In this document: positions 34,911-44,126 of the stretch, in pieces
Layout: each line of letters begins with the position of its first letter
Numbering within the stretch: the stretch's first letter is position 1
Source: a virus
Lineage: Duplodnaviria > Caudoviricetes
Direction: 5' to 3' (one strand)
Virus record (IMG/VR): IMGVR_UViG_3300037010_004533
Location: 1-62,148 of that record
Length of the DNA: 62,148 nucleotides
The notes under the pieces: model-generated
Told to the model about the DNA's origin: nothing
Database searches by the model: none
The model's input: only the letters and a program-made list of their open reading frames with translations
Position numbers and translations under genes: made by a program

Positions 34911-35671
34911 GCCCGCTTCTCCGCCTGACGCCGGAGGAACCGGACGGCCTCGAGCCAGAGGCCCTTCTTGGGGCCGAAGAAGGTGGCGACCTGGGACGGG
35001 TAGCCGTTCTTCACGTTCTCGTGCTGCGCGAGGTAGAGCGTGGCGGCCTGCTCCAGCTCCGCCACCGTCGCCATCCGAGCGTCGAGGAGCTTCTGGAAGG
35101 CCTTCTCCGCCTCGACCCGGTGCCCCTTGGCCTTCTGGCCGTCCGCCCGTGCGATGGGCCAGGAGGACCATACCCGCTCGAAGGCGTCCCGACCCTCCTG
35201 GGCCTTGATGACCTCCAGGCTTGCCAGCTTCATCGGCTTCGGCGGCTCCGCAGGAGCCAAGGATTCTTCCTTCCCTTCCCTTCCTTTCCCTTCCTTTCCG
35301 GCGGCGACGGATTCCCGAAGGTTCGTCGATCCTTCGTCGAGGAAGTAACCCCTCAGTTTGGAGGGGTTGGGCCTGTCCACCTTCTGATGCTCGGTGAAGT
35401 GGACCACGCGGCCGATGGGCCCGTGGGTGGGGTGCTCGACCACCTCGATCCAGCCCGACTCGACCAGGGCGGCCAGCGCCCACCGCGTCCTCGACGAATC
35501 ATCGTCGAATGGCCGACAGTTACTCCGCACAAGGTTCGGGTCGGCGAGGAAAAACCCCTCGTCATCGGCGAAGTTGAGCAGAGCGAGCGCGAGGAGCTGG
35601 GCCTCGGGCGCCAGCCTGCCCATGATGGGGTGGCTCCAGAACTCAGGCTTCACGGTCCTGATCCTTGGCAT
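34907..35671 (-). CDS. Phage replication initiator (O-like)
   Basis: MPRIRTVKPEFW...ADDEG...HQK N-terminus; upstream of dnaB. Confidence 0.82.
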   Translation of the reverse strand: MPRIRTVKPEFWSHPIMGRLAPEAQLLALALLNFADDEGFFLADPNLVRSNCRPFDDDSSRTRWALAALVESGWIEVVEHPTHGPIGRVVHFTEHQKVDRPNPSKLRGYFLDEGSTNLRESVAAGKEGKGREGKEESLAPAEPPKPMKLASLEVIKAQEGRDAFERVWSSWPIARADGQKAKGHRVEAEKAFQKLLDARMATVAELEQAATLYLAQHENVKNGYPSQVATFFGPKKGLWLEAVRFLRRQAEKRA

Positions 35672-36206
35672 TGGTTCCTCCTCCAGCCGCCCGGTTCATG
35701 GCGGCCTCTACGAGCTGGACGGCCTCGCGGGACGACCAGACCACGCCCACAACGCAGCCGGCCGCGCTCGCACGGTCCAGGAAGGCGAGCTGCTCGGGCT
35801 CCGGCTTTCCAGCGCGGCGCTCCTGGAGCTTCGTCTTCGGGTTCAATTTCTCCGGGGCCTTGACCTCCAGGAAGAGGGCGCGGCCGTCCGGCAAGTATCC
35901 GGTGAGGTCCGGGTGGCCCTCGGGTAGGAAGCCCTTGACGGCCGCCAGGATGGTCTTGATGAAGCCCCTGGGGATGGGGAGCGCGTGGAGCACCTTCTGG
36001 AGCGCAGCGCGGACCTTCTTGCCGCCCGCGTCGGTTTCCCACACCTGAATCCGCATTGCCCGGAGCGCCTGGATGATGGCCTCCTGGACCTGGGCCTCGG
36101 TGAGCCCGCTGAAGAGATACAGGTCCGAGTGGTTCGCTCGGTCCCAAGCATGAGGGAAGGGGCGCGAAGCCCCCTCCCTTGCGTTCTCCCTGGCCTTCCC
36201 AACCAT
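35643..36206 (-). CDS. VRR-NUC domain nuclease
   Basis: EAQVQ..I, GHPDL, FLEVK and EQLAFL motifs. Confidence 0.85.
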   Translation of the reverse strand: MVGKARENAREGASRPFPHAWDRANHSDLYLFSGLTEAQVQEAIIQALRAMRIQVWETDAGGKKVRAALQKVLHALPIPRGFIKTILAAVKGFLPEGHPDLTGYLPDGRALFLEVKAPEKLNPKTKLQERRAGKPEPEQLAFLDRASAAGCVVGVVWSSREAVQLVEAAMNRAAGGGTNAKDQDREA

Positions 36207-36241
36207 GGGCTTCCCTCAACCATTCGAGGGTATCCTCGGAT

Positions 36242-36277
36242 TTGCACAATCGCAAGTTTTGACCTGCGAATTTGCAA
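36242..36277. promoter_or_regulatory. Tandem TTGC-N6-GCAA operators
   Basis: TTGCACAATCGCAA (36242-55) and CTGCGAATTTGCAA (36264-77) in an AT-rich gap upstream of the replication genes. Confidence 0.55.
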
Positions 36278-36718
36278 CTAGAAGGGAATGTCGTCGTCCG
36301 GGTAGGAGCTGCCGCTGCCGTGGCCGGGGGCACCTGCGGGCTCCTCGGGGCCCTGGTCGTAGCCGCCGCCGGAGCCGGAGCCGTCCATCTTCCCGAGCAT
36401 CACGAAGTTGTCACACCTGATGTCGCAGGCGGTCTTCTTCACGCCGGCCTGATCGATGTATTCCCGATACTGGATCCGGCCCTCGACCATGATCTGCTTG
36501 CCCTTCCGCAGGAACTTCTCGGCGATCTCGGCCTGCTTGCCCCAGACGACGACGTTGTGCCATTCGGTCTTGGTCTGCTTCTCGCCCTGGGGGTTCTTCC
36601 AGGTTTCGGTGGTGGCGAGGGAGAAGCGGGCCAGGGCGGTCCCGGCCGGCGTCATCTTCAGCTCGGGGTCGCGCCCCAAATTGCCGATCAGGATGACCTT
36701 GTTCAGACTGCCGCTCAT
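36278..36718 (-). CDS. ssb: Single-stranded DNA-binding protein
   Basis: SLNKVILIGNLGRDPE...TEWH...DDDIPF. Confidence 0.97.
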   Translation of the reverse strand: MSGSLNKVILIGNLGRDPELKMTPAGTALARFSLATTETWKNPQGEKQTKTEWHNVVVWGKQAEIAEKFLRKGKQIMVEGRIQYREYIDQAGVKKTACDIRCDNFVMLGKMDGSGSGGGYDQGPEEPAGAPGHGSGSSYPDDDIPF

Positions 36719-37029
36719 GCGGTAGCTCCTTCAGAATGCCCTCCCGCCTGGGAGGGAGTGGGGGTGGTGGCCGCGTCCTGGACTTCCAGGCGGGCCTTGA
36801 GGTCGTCCACCGCGAGGCGGGCGATGTTGTGCGCCTTGCGCCGGATGAAGCCGGCCAGGGCGTCGTCGTAGGCGGCCTTCGCCGCCTGCTCGATGGCGTC
36901 CTGGACCTTCACCCAACGGGCGGCCATTTTCCTATCGCTCAGAATCTCGTTGTAAGCGATGGTCAGGGCTGAAGAATGGGCAGCCGCCGCCATCATCCAT
37001 GCGATTTCAGCGCTGTCCATGTGCTCCAT
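36715..37029 (-). CDS. Hypothetical protein
   Basis: MEHMDSAEIAW...; coupled to ssb. Confidence 0.55.
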   Translation of the reverse strand: MEHMDSAEIAWMMAAAAHSSALTIAYNEILSDRKMAARWVKVQDAIEQAAKAAYDDALAGFIRRKAHNIARLAVDDLKARLEVQDAATTPTPSQAGGHSEGATA

Positions 37030-37036
37030 TGGCAGA

Positions 37037-37447
37037 TCAGACGGCTTTATTGAGAGGTAGGACAAAGATGCTCTCCTGTTCTCGCTTCCGGCGCAGGCGC
37101 TCGCGCACCTTCGCCACCAGGTCTTTTTCTGTCCCGTAGCGGGCGATGAACCGCGTGGGCTCCTTGTGAATGGCGATCTTCGTGGTGTCCACCTCGCCCT
37201 GGTGGTGCCCCTCGCAGAGGGGGATACCCTCTTCGTGCGGGGCCCGGACACTGGCGCCGATGCCGTTGCCGTTCTCGTCGCGTCGCGGGTGGTGGATGGC
37301 GGCCGGGGTGCCGGGGTGCCCATCCATCTCGCAGGCGATGCACCCCAGCTCGGCCACCTCGTTCAGGTGGGCGTCCTCGGCGGCCGTGTGCCGTGGCTTG
37401 CCCTTGCGCTTCATCGGCGAGCGCCGGAGGGGGGTGTGGAGCTTCAC
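37037..37447 (-). CDS. Ref-family HNH nuclease
   Basis: VAELGCIAC...IHH...IPLCEGHH...AIH...F...YGTE. Confidence 0.8.
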   Translation of the reverse strand: MKLHTPLRRSPMKRKGKPRHTAAEDAHLNEVAELGCIACEMDGHPGTPAAIHHPRRDENGNGIGASVRAPHEEGIPLCEGHHQGEVDTTKIAIHKEPTRFIARYGTEKDLVAKVRERLRRKREQESIFVLPLNKAV

Positions 37448-37641
37448 TTCCCTGCCCTCCTCACGCCCTTGAGCACCTCGCACATCTGGCTCACGGGGAG
37501 GTCCCGGCTGTGGTTGTGCCATGAGATCGTGAAGATTCCCGGGACACCGGCCTTCCGGTAGATCCGGTGTCCGCCCTTACCGAAGCGCTCGGCGACGTAG
37601 CCCGCCCCCACAAGGAGTCGGTCGGCTTCTCGGGGGCTCAT
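37444..37641 (-). CDS. hicA: HicA-like mRNA interferase
   Basis: MSPREADRLL..AGY...KGGHRIYR...HSRDLP; no adjacent hicB seen. Confidence 0.7.
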   Translation of the reverse strand: MSPREADRLLVGAGYVAERFGKGGHRIYRKAGVPGIFTISWHNHSRDLPVSQMCEVLKGVRRAGK

Positions 37642-37886
37642 GCGGCGCCCTCCTCGGGAGGCTGGATGGCCTGGAGAGCCGCGTCGAGGCGCTGTCCAGC
37701 CTTGCCTCCGTGGTGCTTGCGCAGGTTGAAGGCCGCGTCCAGCACCTCGACGAAGGCCAGCGGATCGTGGCGGATCCAGGTCGTGAGCCACTGGATGAGC
37801 TTCTGATTCGCCTTCCACTTGCCGGCCGTCTTCCCCATCGACTCCTCGATGAGGGCTCGCAGATCCTTCACGTCGTCGTGGGTCAT
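37638..37886 (-). CDS. Hypothetical protein
   Basis: Coupled ORF (MTHDDVK...). Confidence 0.5.
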   Translation of the reverse strand: MTHDDVKDLRALIEESMGKTAGKWKANQKLIQWLTTWIRHDPLAFVEVLDAAFNLRKHHGGKAGQRLDAALQAIQPPEEGAA

Positions 37887-38107
37887 CCGGCCAGCTCCAC
37901 GGCCAGGAGGATCTCTTCCAGCCTCTTCAGGTCGGCTTCCTTGACGGCTCGCTGGATCCGGCCGCGCAGCCGGCGCATCTTGGCTTCGTGTTCGCGGCGC
38001 TCCTTGTTGCGAGCGGCATGGACGGCGAGCTTGAGACGAATACTGTTCGGCCATTTCATGAGCAGGCGCTCAAGGCGCGGAAGAGGGGTGTCTTGATCGA
38101 ATGCCAT
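37883..38107 (-). CDS. Hypothetical protein
   Basis: Coupled ORF with RBS. Confidence 0.5.
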   Translation of the reverse strand: MAFDQDTPLPRLERLLMKWPNSIRLKLAVHAARNKERREHEAKMRRLRGRIQRAVKEADLKRLEEILLAVELAG

Positions 38108-38114
38108 TCCCGCC

Positions 38115-38486
38115 TCACTTGTCAGAGAGCCACTTCTTCGGGCTCGAAAGGTGCTGAATGGAGGAGAGCTTCACCAGCGCGTCGGCGTTCTCGCGGCGCT
38201 GGTCTTCGGTGAGGGCCTCATGTCGGATCCGGGTTCCGTTCTTCTGGAGCTTGCCGCCCTCGATCACACAGGCGTCGAGCCAGATGCCGGGCAAGTAGGG
38301 CCCCAGGTCGGGATCGTGATAGATGCCGCCCTCGAACTCGATGTCGGCGATCTCCGCATAGTTTTCGTCCGTCTTCTTTCGGACGCTCGTGAGCGCCTTC
38401 ATGCGCTTGGCGATCTCGTCCATCGGGTTCCGGACGTTGTGCATCAGCAGCGCGTCGCCCTTGATGCGAATGGTGATGGTTTCCAT
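38115..38486 (-). CDS. Hypothetical protein, possibly a deletion-fusion remnant
   Basis: Strong AAGGAGG RBS; IKGDALLMHN...KKTD...EFEGGIY...GPYLP N-terminus. Confidence 0.6.
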   Translation of the reverse strand: METITIRIKGDALLMHNVRNPMDEIAKRMKALTSVRKKTDENYAEIADIEFEGGIYHDPDLGPYLPGIWLDACVIEGGKLQKNGTRIRHEALTEDQRRENADALVKLSSIQHLSSPKKWLSDK

Positions 38487-38507
38487 GGGTTCCTCCTTCA
38501 GGTTTGG

Positions 38508-39458
38508 CTATGAAGCCTGTTCAACAATTTCGGCCTGCATCTCGATCACGTAGGCGGCGGGCAGGTGCCAGCCGTCGCGGACGCGCCGCCGCTGGGTGCC
38601 GACGATCAGGTAGCGGTCGCGGATCGAGGTGTCCACGGTCCCGTCCGAGGGGCACTTCTTGAAGACGCCCGGGAAGAGGGCCTCCACCGAGGAGCCCGCC
38701 GGAATGTAGCCGTTGACGATGCCCTCCTGGTCCCGGTGGTTGCCGGCGCCCTTGGCCGTCCAGCGCACATGCGTCCCGGCCGGAAGCGGCGTCCAGAGGC
38801 GCTCGATCTTGGGCAGCCCATCGTGGATGGTGATGAGGTTGCCCTCCACCTCGGAGGCGAAGGGAAGCACGATGACGGGGTGCGCGAGGTCGTCCAGACC
38901 TGGGGTGGCAACGGTGTAGCGCGGGAAGCGGCAGGGGGCGACGGTGGCCCGGGTCTTCTTGGTGTGGCAGCCCTCGGGGATCACGGGGACGACGCCGACC
39001 GGGACGTGGGCGAGCACCTGCCCCACCATCTCCTTCCCGCCTCGGGACTTCCAGGTGATCCAGGAGCCGACCGGGAGAGAGAACTGCGCCTTGGAGGCGC
39101 TGCACGTCCGGCCGCGCTTCTTCCGCACTGGGGCTTCGCGCAGGCCCAGCTCAACCTCCCGGACGACCCTGGCCTTCCAGGCGGCCTTCTGCTCACGGGC
39201 GCGGCGCTTGCGCTCCTCCTCGCTCAGGACGGGGCCACGGGGGCGGCCCACCTTCTTCGGCTTCGGCTCGCTGGCCGGGCGGGGTTCACGGGGAGGTTTC
39301 GGGGGCTTGTGGAACTTCCGGCCCTTGGGGCGCTTGATCTCCCAGCCGGACGCATTCAGCGCCTCCAGGCGCTCCAGGAAGACCACGCGGCGAACGGCCA
39401 GGGCCTCCTCGGACATGCCATTTCCGATCTCGACTCCACCCAGGACCAGGGGGCTCAT
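38508..39458 (-). CDS. Basic protein with two duplicated SH3/KOW-like domains
   Basis: LPVGSWITWKS...GQVLAHVPVG versus LPAGTHVRWTA...GIVNGYIPAG; AT-hook-like GRPRGP. Confidence 0.55.
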   Translation of the reverse strand: MSPLVLGGVEIGNGMSEEALAVRRVVFLERLEALNASGWEIKRPKGRKFHKPPKPPREPRPASEPKPKKVGRPRGPVLSEEERKRRAREQKAAWKARVVREVELGLREAPVRKKRGRTCSASKAQFSLPVGSWITWKSRGGKEMVGQVLAHVPVGVVPVIPEGCHTKKTRATVAPCRFPRYTVATPGLDDLAHPVIVLPFASEVEGNLITIHDGLPKIERLWTPLPAGTHVRWTAKGAGNHRDQEGIVNGYIPAGSSVEALFPGVFKKCPSDGTVDTSIRDRYLIVGTQRRRVRDGWHLPAAYVIEMQAEIVEQAS

Positions 39459-39565
39459 GCCAGGCCTCCGCAGAAGACGTAGACGCCGATGGCGATGACG
39501 ACGACGAGCACGATGGCGGCGATTCCGCAGCCTGGGGTGGGTTCTTCCTTGGGCCAGAAGCTCAT
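39455..39565 (-). CDS. Small membrane protein
   Basis: MSFWPKEEPTPGCGIAAIVLVVVIAIGVYVF; overlaps both neighbours. Confidence 0.45.
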   Translation of the reverse strand: MSFWPKEEPTPGCGIAAIVLVVVIAIGVYVFCGGLA

Positions 39566-39753
39566 CGGACACCTCCCCGAGGGGCGCAGAACTGGCACCG
39601 GCTCTGCACGTCCAGGATCACCTTGCGCGGCGTCTCGTATTCCTGGGGCTGCTGGTGGTAGAGGTTCAGGCTGGTGGTCCAGTCCTTCGAGCCGGACCCG
39701 CGCTTGCGGGTGATGAACTTGCCGGCCGGGGCTTCACATTCGCAACACTTCAT
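39562..39753 (-). CDS. Small Zn-finger protein
   Basis: CCEC...CQFC; GAGG RBS. Confidence 0.55.
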   Translation of the reverse strand: MKCCECEAPAGKFITRKRGSGSKDWTTSLNLYHQQPQEYETPRKVILDVQSRCQFCAPRGGVR

Positions 39754-39956
39754 TGCATTCCTCAAGAAAAGAGTCCCGCCCAGGAACCGCCGACTACTGC
39801 CGGCGGGTCGTCGCCACGATCCGATCCGACACAACCCCAACGGATGAGGAGTGATTCGTCGCGGCTGTTTCCCATGGGGCCGTGGCTTCCGGGCCGAGGC
39901 TTCCACGGGCTTCCTGCCCCCCGGATCGCCGGGGGCCTGACAGGCGGGAGGATGGG

Positions 39957-40328
39957 TTAAGCAAGGCAAACCCTCACACGGGCCACGCCCGCCGAGAGGA
40001 TCCCGAGCGCCTCGGCGGCTGCGCGGGAGAGGTCCAGGTCGCGGCCCTTCACGTAGGGGCCACGGTCGTTGACGCGGACGATGATCCAGCGGCCGTTGAA
40101 CTCGACCCGGAGCAGCGTCCCGAGGGGGAGCGTCCGGTGCGCGGCTGTGAGCTGGGAGGGGTCGAACCGCTCGCCGGAGGCCGTGGGACGGCCCGCGAAG
40201 CCGGGGCCATACCAGGAGGCCACGAGGGACTCACTGGCACGCTCCACGACCACCGGGAGGACCGGAAGGGGGGCCTTCCCCACCTGGACCAGGAAGCCGA
40301 TCAGGACGGCGCAGACCCGGCGAATCAC
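39957..40328 (-). CDS. rlpA: RlpA-like double-psi beta-barrel lytic transglycosylase
   Basis: ASWYG...TASGE...[11 protein letters not shown]...VNDRGP...DLS signature; start re-called. Confidence 0.9.
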   Translation of the reverse strand: MIRRVCAVLIGFLVQVGKAPLPVLPVVVERASESLVASWYGPGFAGRPTASGERFDPSQLTAAHRTLPLGTLLRVEFNGRWIIVRVNDRGPYVKGRDLDLSRAAAEALGILSAGVARVRVCLA

Positions 40329-41320
40329 TGGGCCCCCGAACGGGGCTGATCGTAGACATCCATGCCCTCGCTGGAGAACAGTGCCTCGAAGTCGCACTCC
40401 AGCGCGTTGCCGGACTCGCGGCGCAGGAACTCGGTCAGCTCGTGGGCCAGGGAAGCCTCGAAGCCGGAGATGAAGGCCAGCCGGTTCGCCAGCTTCCAGT
40501 CCACGGCGGGGACCTGGGAATCCTCGGGCTGCTCGGCCTTCAGGACCTCCTCGGGGAAGGTGATGGTCGTCTTGAAGGTGGCCGCGTCGAGCATGATGTT
40601 CGCCACCTCGCCGTCCAGGTTCCACATGAACTCGCAGCGGGCGACCTCCCAGCCGCGCTTGAGGTAGCTCTCGAGCTTGCCGCCGATGTTCTCCCCGGCG
40701 AAGCTCGCCGAGCTGGTGCCACCCGGCTCGCGGAAGGTCACGGAGCCCATCGGGAAAACCAGCTCGGTGGACCGCTTCGGACTCAGGGCGCCGCGCCAGA
40801 TCATCCAGGCCAGGAACTTCCGATTCTCGGGCATGTCCTGGTAGAGCGGGCGGAAGCCGATCAGGTCCAGGAGGATCGCCTGGGCGCCGCTCGGGCCGTC
40901 CATGTAGAAGAGGCCCCGGCTCGTGTCTCCCACCAGGACGCCGTGGGACGGCTTGGGCTTGGCCTCGCGGTCCAGGCGGAGCTTCACGGCCTCCTTGATC
41001 TCCTTCTGCCGCTTCTTCGACAGGGGGCCAAGCACGGCCGCGTCATATAGCTCGCGGGCGAGGGTCGCCTGGACGAGCTGGGCCGGGGCCTTCTTCTTGT
41101 CCAGCCGCAGGCCGAGCAGGTGGAACTCGGAGCCGTTCACGAGGCCCGAGTCAATCGGGCCGTCCAGAAGGTTTCTGTAAGAGCAGCCGCCGAAGGACTC
41201 GGTGTAGTCATCGCCGGCCGTGATCTCGCTGAAGTGGCCGATCTTCCCGAGCACTTCCGTCGCAGGCACATCGGCCACGTATCGGCCATAGGTCACGCTC
41301 TTGCCGCGCAGGATGCTCAT
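40325..41320 (-). CDS. RdgC-like recombination-associated protein
   Basis: LRLDKKKAP...KEIKEAV..RL...A.P and FLAWM motifs. Confidence 0.65.
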   Translation of the reverse strand: MSILRGKSVTYGRYVADVPATEVLGKIGHFSEITAGDDYTESFGGCSYRNLLDGPIDSGLVNGSEFHLLGLRLDKKKAPAQLVQATLARELYDAAVLGPLSKKRQKEIKEAVKLRLDREAKPKPSHGVLVGDTSRGLFYMDGPSGAQAILLDLIGFRPLYQDMPENRKFLAWMIWRGALSPKRSTELVFPMGSVTFREPGGTSSASFAGENIGGKLESYLKRGWEVARCEFMWNLDGEVANIMLDAATFKTTITFPEEVLKAEQPEDSQVPAVDWKLANRLAFISGFEASLAHELTEFLRRESGNALECDFEALFSSEGMDVYDQPRSGAQ

Positions 41321-41478
41321 GCCGGCACCTCGATGTTCCACGCCCGGCAGAGCGCGACGACCATCCTCTCGAGGCGGGCGATCCGGTCGGGTTCCTGGGG
41401 GATCTCGAGCGGGAGGGCCTCCATCGCCTTGCTCTTGCAGAGGTTGGCGTAGGCCAGCGTTCCTTTTGCTTCGGTCAT
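41317..41478 (-). CDS. Hypothetical protein
   Basis: Coupled small ORF with GGAG RBS. Confidence 0.45.
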   Translation of the reverse strand: MTEAKGTLAYANLCKSKAMEALPLEIPQEPDRIARLERMVVALCRAWNIEVPA

Positions 41479-41870
41479 TCTATTTCTCCAAGGCTGAAGA
41501 GGGGCTGCGCTCCCTGGCTCAGGGCGAGGCGCTCCTCGAGATGGCTGATGAGTTTGCGGGTGGCCGTCAGGCCGGCGAGGTCCTTGAAGGGCTGACTGGT
41601 TTCCATCGCGGCCTCCAGGTTGTCCAGGAAGGTCATGACGGCGGCGCGGGGCGGGCACTCAGTCACGAGAGCCCACCTCACGGCGTTGCCACGGGCGCCC
41701 AGGTGAAGGACTCGGCGGGTCAGGCCCTCGGCCTCCAGGACCCGGAGGTGCTCGCGGATCACGGAGGCGTTCATGCCCGCCTGCTGTGCGATCTCGTGGG
41801 TCGAGAGGGGACCGGAGGCCCCGCGCAGGGAGCGCAGGACCTCCTTCCGGGTCTTGGCGGCTCGGTTCAT
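41475..41870 (-). CDS. Winged-HTH DNA-binding protein
   Basis: LSTHEIAQQAGMNASVIREHLRVLEAEGL. Confidence 0.75.
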   Translation of the reverse strand: MNRAAKTRKEVLRSLRGASGPLSTHEIAQQAGMNASVIREHLRVLEAEGLTRRVLHLGARGNAVRWALVTECPPRAAVMTFLDNLEAAMETSQPFKDLAGLTATRKLISHLEERLALSQGAQPLFSLGEIE

Positions 41871-42871
41871 TCCGCAGCCTTGGGGACTTCGGGGGCGTCG
41901 GCAGGGAGCGCGGCGCGGACAGCCTGCACGTCGCCCTTCTTCAGGGCCTCGATGACAGTGGCGTGGAGGTCCTCGGCGGACACGTCCAGCTTGGCGATCC
42001 AGGCGTTGCACTCTTCCTCACCGATGCCCAGCTCGGCGCACTTCGCCCGGAACCAGTCCTTGCGCCGGTCGGTCCAGGAGGCCGGGGCCTTCTTCTCGGG
42101 CTCCTGGTGAGCGGCCTTGCGGCCCCTGACGGTGCTGCCGGCGGGGGCGCCACCCTTCTCGCTTGGGATCGCCGGGGGCTTGGTGCCGGTGCCCTCGCCG
42201 TTGTCCTGGATCTCGGCGGCCTCGTCGGGCGTAATCATGCCGCCGATGGTGGCCGGGCAGAAACTCCGGGCGCCCTGGCTCACGGCCCGGTAGAACAGCA
42301 TGGTCTTCGGATCCTTCTGGTAGCGGTCGTTGCCGGTCAGGCCCGCCCGCTTGGCGTCCTCGAAGGTGAAGGTTTCGGTGTGGGTCTGCCCGTTCGGCTT
42401 CGTGAACTTCACGACGGCCTTGGCGTCGGTCTTCTCGACGGCCTCGACGCGGATCCCGGCCTCCTCCATCAGGGCGATCATCTTCTTCGCCGCCATGGAG
42501 GTCTTCCCCTTCACGACGTAGATGTGATCCATCGCGTCGCAGGGGGCGAGGCCCAGCTCGTGCCCCTTCATCAGGACCACGAAAATCTGCTCGGGCTTCA
42601 GGTCGCCGAAGAGGCGGGAGGCCGCGAACTTGCTGGCGATCTCCGCGAAGGGCTCGAAGTGCTCCATCGTGTAGAGCTGCCGGTTGGACGCCTTCCGCTG
42701 CTCGATGGGGTGCATCGGGGCCTGGGGCTGCACGGTGGCCGGAAGCATCGACGGGTGCTGCTCGTGCTGGCCGGGCATCACCGGCCACATGCCCTTCGGC
42801 GGGTAGGGGTAGCCGGGATGCACGAGCCCGAACGGCTGGGGCGGGAGGGCTGGCTGGTCATTGGGGTTCAT
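41867..42871 (-). CDS. RecT/Redbeta-like ssDNA annealing protein
   Basis: GHELGL.P..AM..IYVVKG...FTFEDAKRAGL...YQKDPKTML..RA; paired with an exonuclease. Confidence 0.8.
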   Translation of the reverse strand: MNPNDQPALPPQPFGLVHPGYPYPPKGMWPVMPGQHEQHPSMLPATVQPQAPMHPIEQRKASNRQLYTMEHFEPFAEIASKFAASRLFGDLKPEQIFVVLMKGHELGLAPCDAMDHIYVVKGKTSMAAKKMIALMEEAGIRVEAVEKTDAKAVVKFTKPNGQTHTETFTFEDAKRAGLTGNDRYQKDPKTMLFYRAVSQGARSFCPATIGGMITPDEAAEIQDNGEGTGTKPPAIPSEKGGAPAGSTVRGRKAAHQEPEKKAPASWTDRRKDWFRAKCAELGIGEEECNAWIAKLDVSAEDLHATVIEALKKGDVQAVRAALPADAPEVPKAAE

Positions 42872-42896
42872 GGGTTTCTCCTTGCGTGGCCGCTGC

Positions 42897-43949
42897 TCAG
42901 ACGGCCTTAGACTTGGGGGTGAAGTAGAACGACGGCTTCGTGATCTTCTTGGCGAGATACTTCTTGAACAGCTCAGGCTCGGCCGCCTCGAAAGCCTTGG
43001 CGTCGAACTCCTGGCTCTCGCCGCCGCCGCGCAGCTCGGCCTTGACGGTCTCCAGGTCGGCCAGGGTCAGGCCGGCGTCTTCGATCAGCTTCCGAGCGGC
43101 CTCCTTGATGGCCCTCTCGCGCCTGCCGAGCACCTTGAGGTCGGCCTCGAACTCGGCGTATTCCTCGCCCAGCATCTCCAGCTCGATCCGCACGGAGGCC
43201 GGGATCGCAGCGTCGGCGGCGTCCTTCGAGGCCTGCCGGTAGTTCTTGAACTCGGCGCAGGCCTTCTTGTGCTTGCAGTAGGAGCACCAGCCACGATCCG
43301 GCTCACCAGCCGGGACGCAACCCTTGGCCTCCTGCTCCTTCAGCCAGATCGCCCGGGGAGGGAGCGCGGCGAAGCGGTCGGGGTTGAAGGGAATCACCCA
43401 CCAGACGATCTCGGAGAGCTTCTCGGCGTTCGCCACGACGAAGAGGCCCCATCCGAGCCCCTGGAGGCCCTGCTGGGTGAGGTTCTGGTCCACATACCAG
43501 AGCGGCAGGCCCTTCTCGGAATACTTGCGGAAGGCGTAGGCGCTGGCCGTCTTGACCTCCAGGGCGCCGTCGCCCTCGTAGACCACGCCCTCGTGCTCGA
43601 AGGGCCCGATCACACGGCCGTCTGGGTGGCAGATCAGCGGGGCCTCCGGGTGCTTCAACTCGGTCTGTTTGGTGCCCGTCTCGCGGATCCGGTTGCCCAG
43701 AGCGAGGCGCATCACCTGGATGACCTCGTTCTCGAGTGCGCGGCCAACGAGAAACTTTCCTGCGGTTCCAGGCTCAACCGGGGTAGGATTTAGGGCATCC
43801 AAGACGGTTGCACGGGCGCAATACCCGATCCTGGAAGCCCCTATATTTGCCTCGCGGTCGCCTAGACGATCCATGTTTCGGCCCAGGCGATCCATGATGG
43901 CCGTCTGGACATCCTCGGGCGATAGGCCAAAGGAACCCGATTTTTTCAT
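42897..43949 (-). CDS. PD-(D/E)xK exonuclease (YqaJ/Cas4-like, with 4 Cys)
   Basis: IGASRIGYCAR, HPDG, LEVKT, Q...Q and CSYC....C motifs. Confidence 0.85.
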   Translation of the reverse strand: MKKSGSFGLSPEDVQTAIMDRLGRNMDRLGDREANIGASRIGYCARATVLDALNPTPVEPGTAGKFLVGRALENEVIQVMRLALGNRIRETGTKQTELKHPEAPLICHPDGRVIGPFEHEGVVYEGDGALEVKTASAYAFRKYSEKGLPLWYVDQNLTQQGLQGLGWGLFVVANAEKLSEIVWWVIPFNPDRFAALPPRAIWLKEQEAKGCVPAGEPDRGWCSYCKHKKACAEFKNYRQASKDAADAAIPASVRIELEMLGEEYAEFEADLKVLGRRERAIKEAARKLIEDAGLTLADLETVKAELRGGGESQEFDAKAFEAAEPELFKKYLAKKITKPSFYFTPKSKAV

Positions 43950-43978
43950 TTTTTCTCCTTGCGTAGAGGTGGGATCAG

Positions 43979-44096
43979 TCGCATATTTGCAACAGGAACC
44001 CCAAATTCGGCATCGAACCAGTCGCACGACCGCCTTCTCACGGTTGGCGACTTGTGAATCTACAAATAAGTTTAAAGCTTGTTTGCTAATGTGCAA
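43979..44096. promoter_or_regulatory. Divergent early promoter/operator region
   Basis: AT-rich; minus-strand TTGCAC-16-TAAACT; TTGC-N6-GCAA at 44083-96 and TCGC-N6-GCAA at 43979-92. Confidence 0.65.
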
Positions 44097-44126
44097 GTGG
44101 GTGAACGAGATTTTTTTGGAGGGTCA

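Noticed and set aside
2729-35863. Long plus-strand ORFs (e.g. 2729-5389, 13217-15253, 33068-35863)
   Set aside because: Antisense shadows of high-GC minus-strand genes, with no recognisable motifs.
42897-43949. Cas4 / CRISPR adaptation module
   Set aside because: Paired with a RecT-like annealing protein in a standard phage recombination module; no cas1/cas2 or array.
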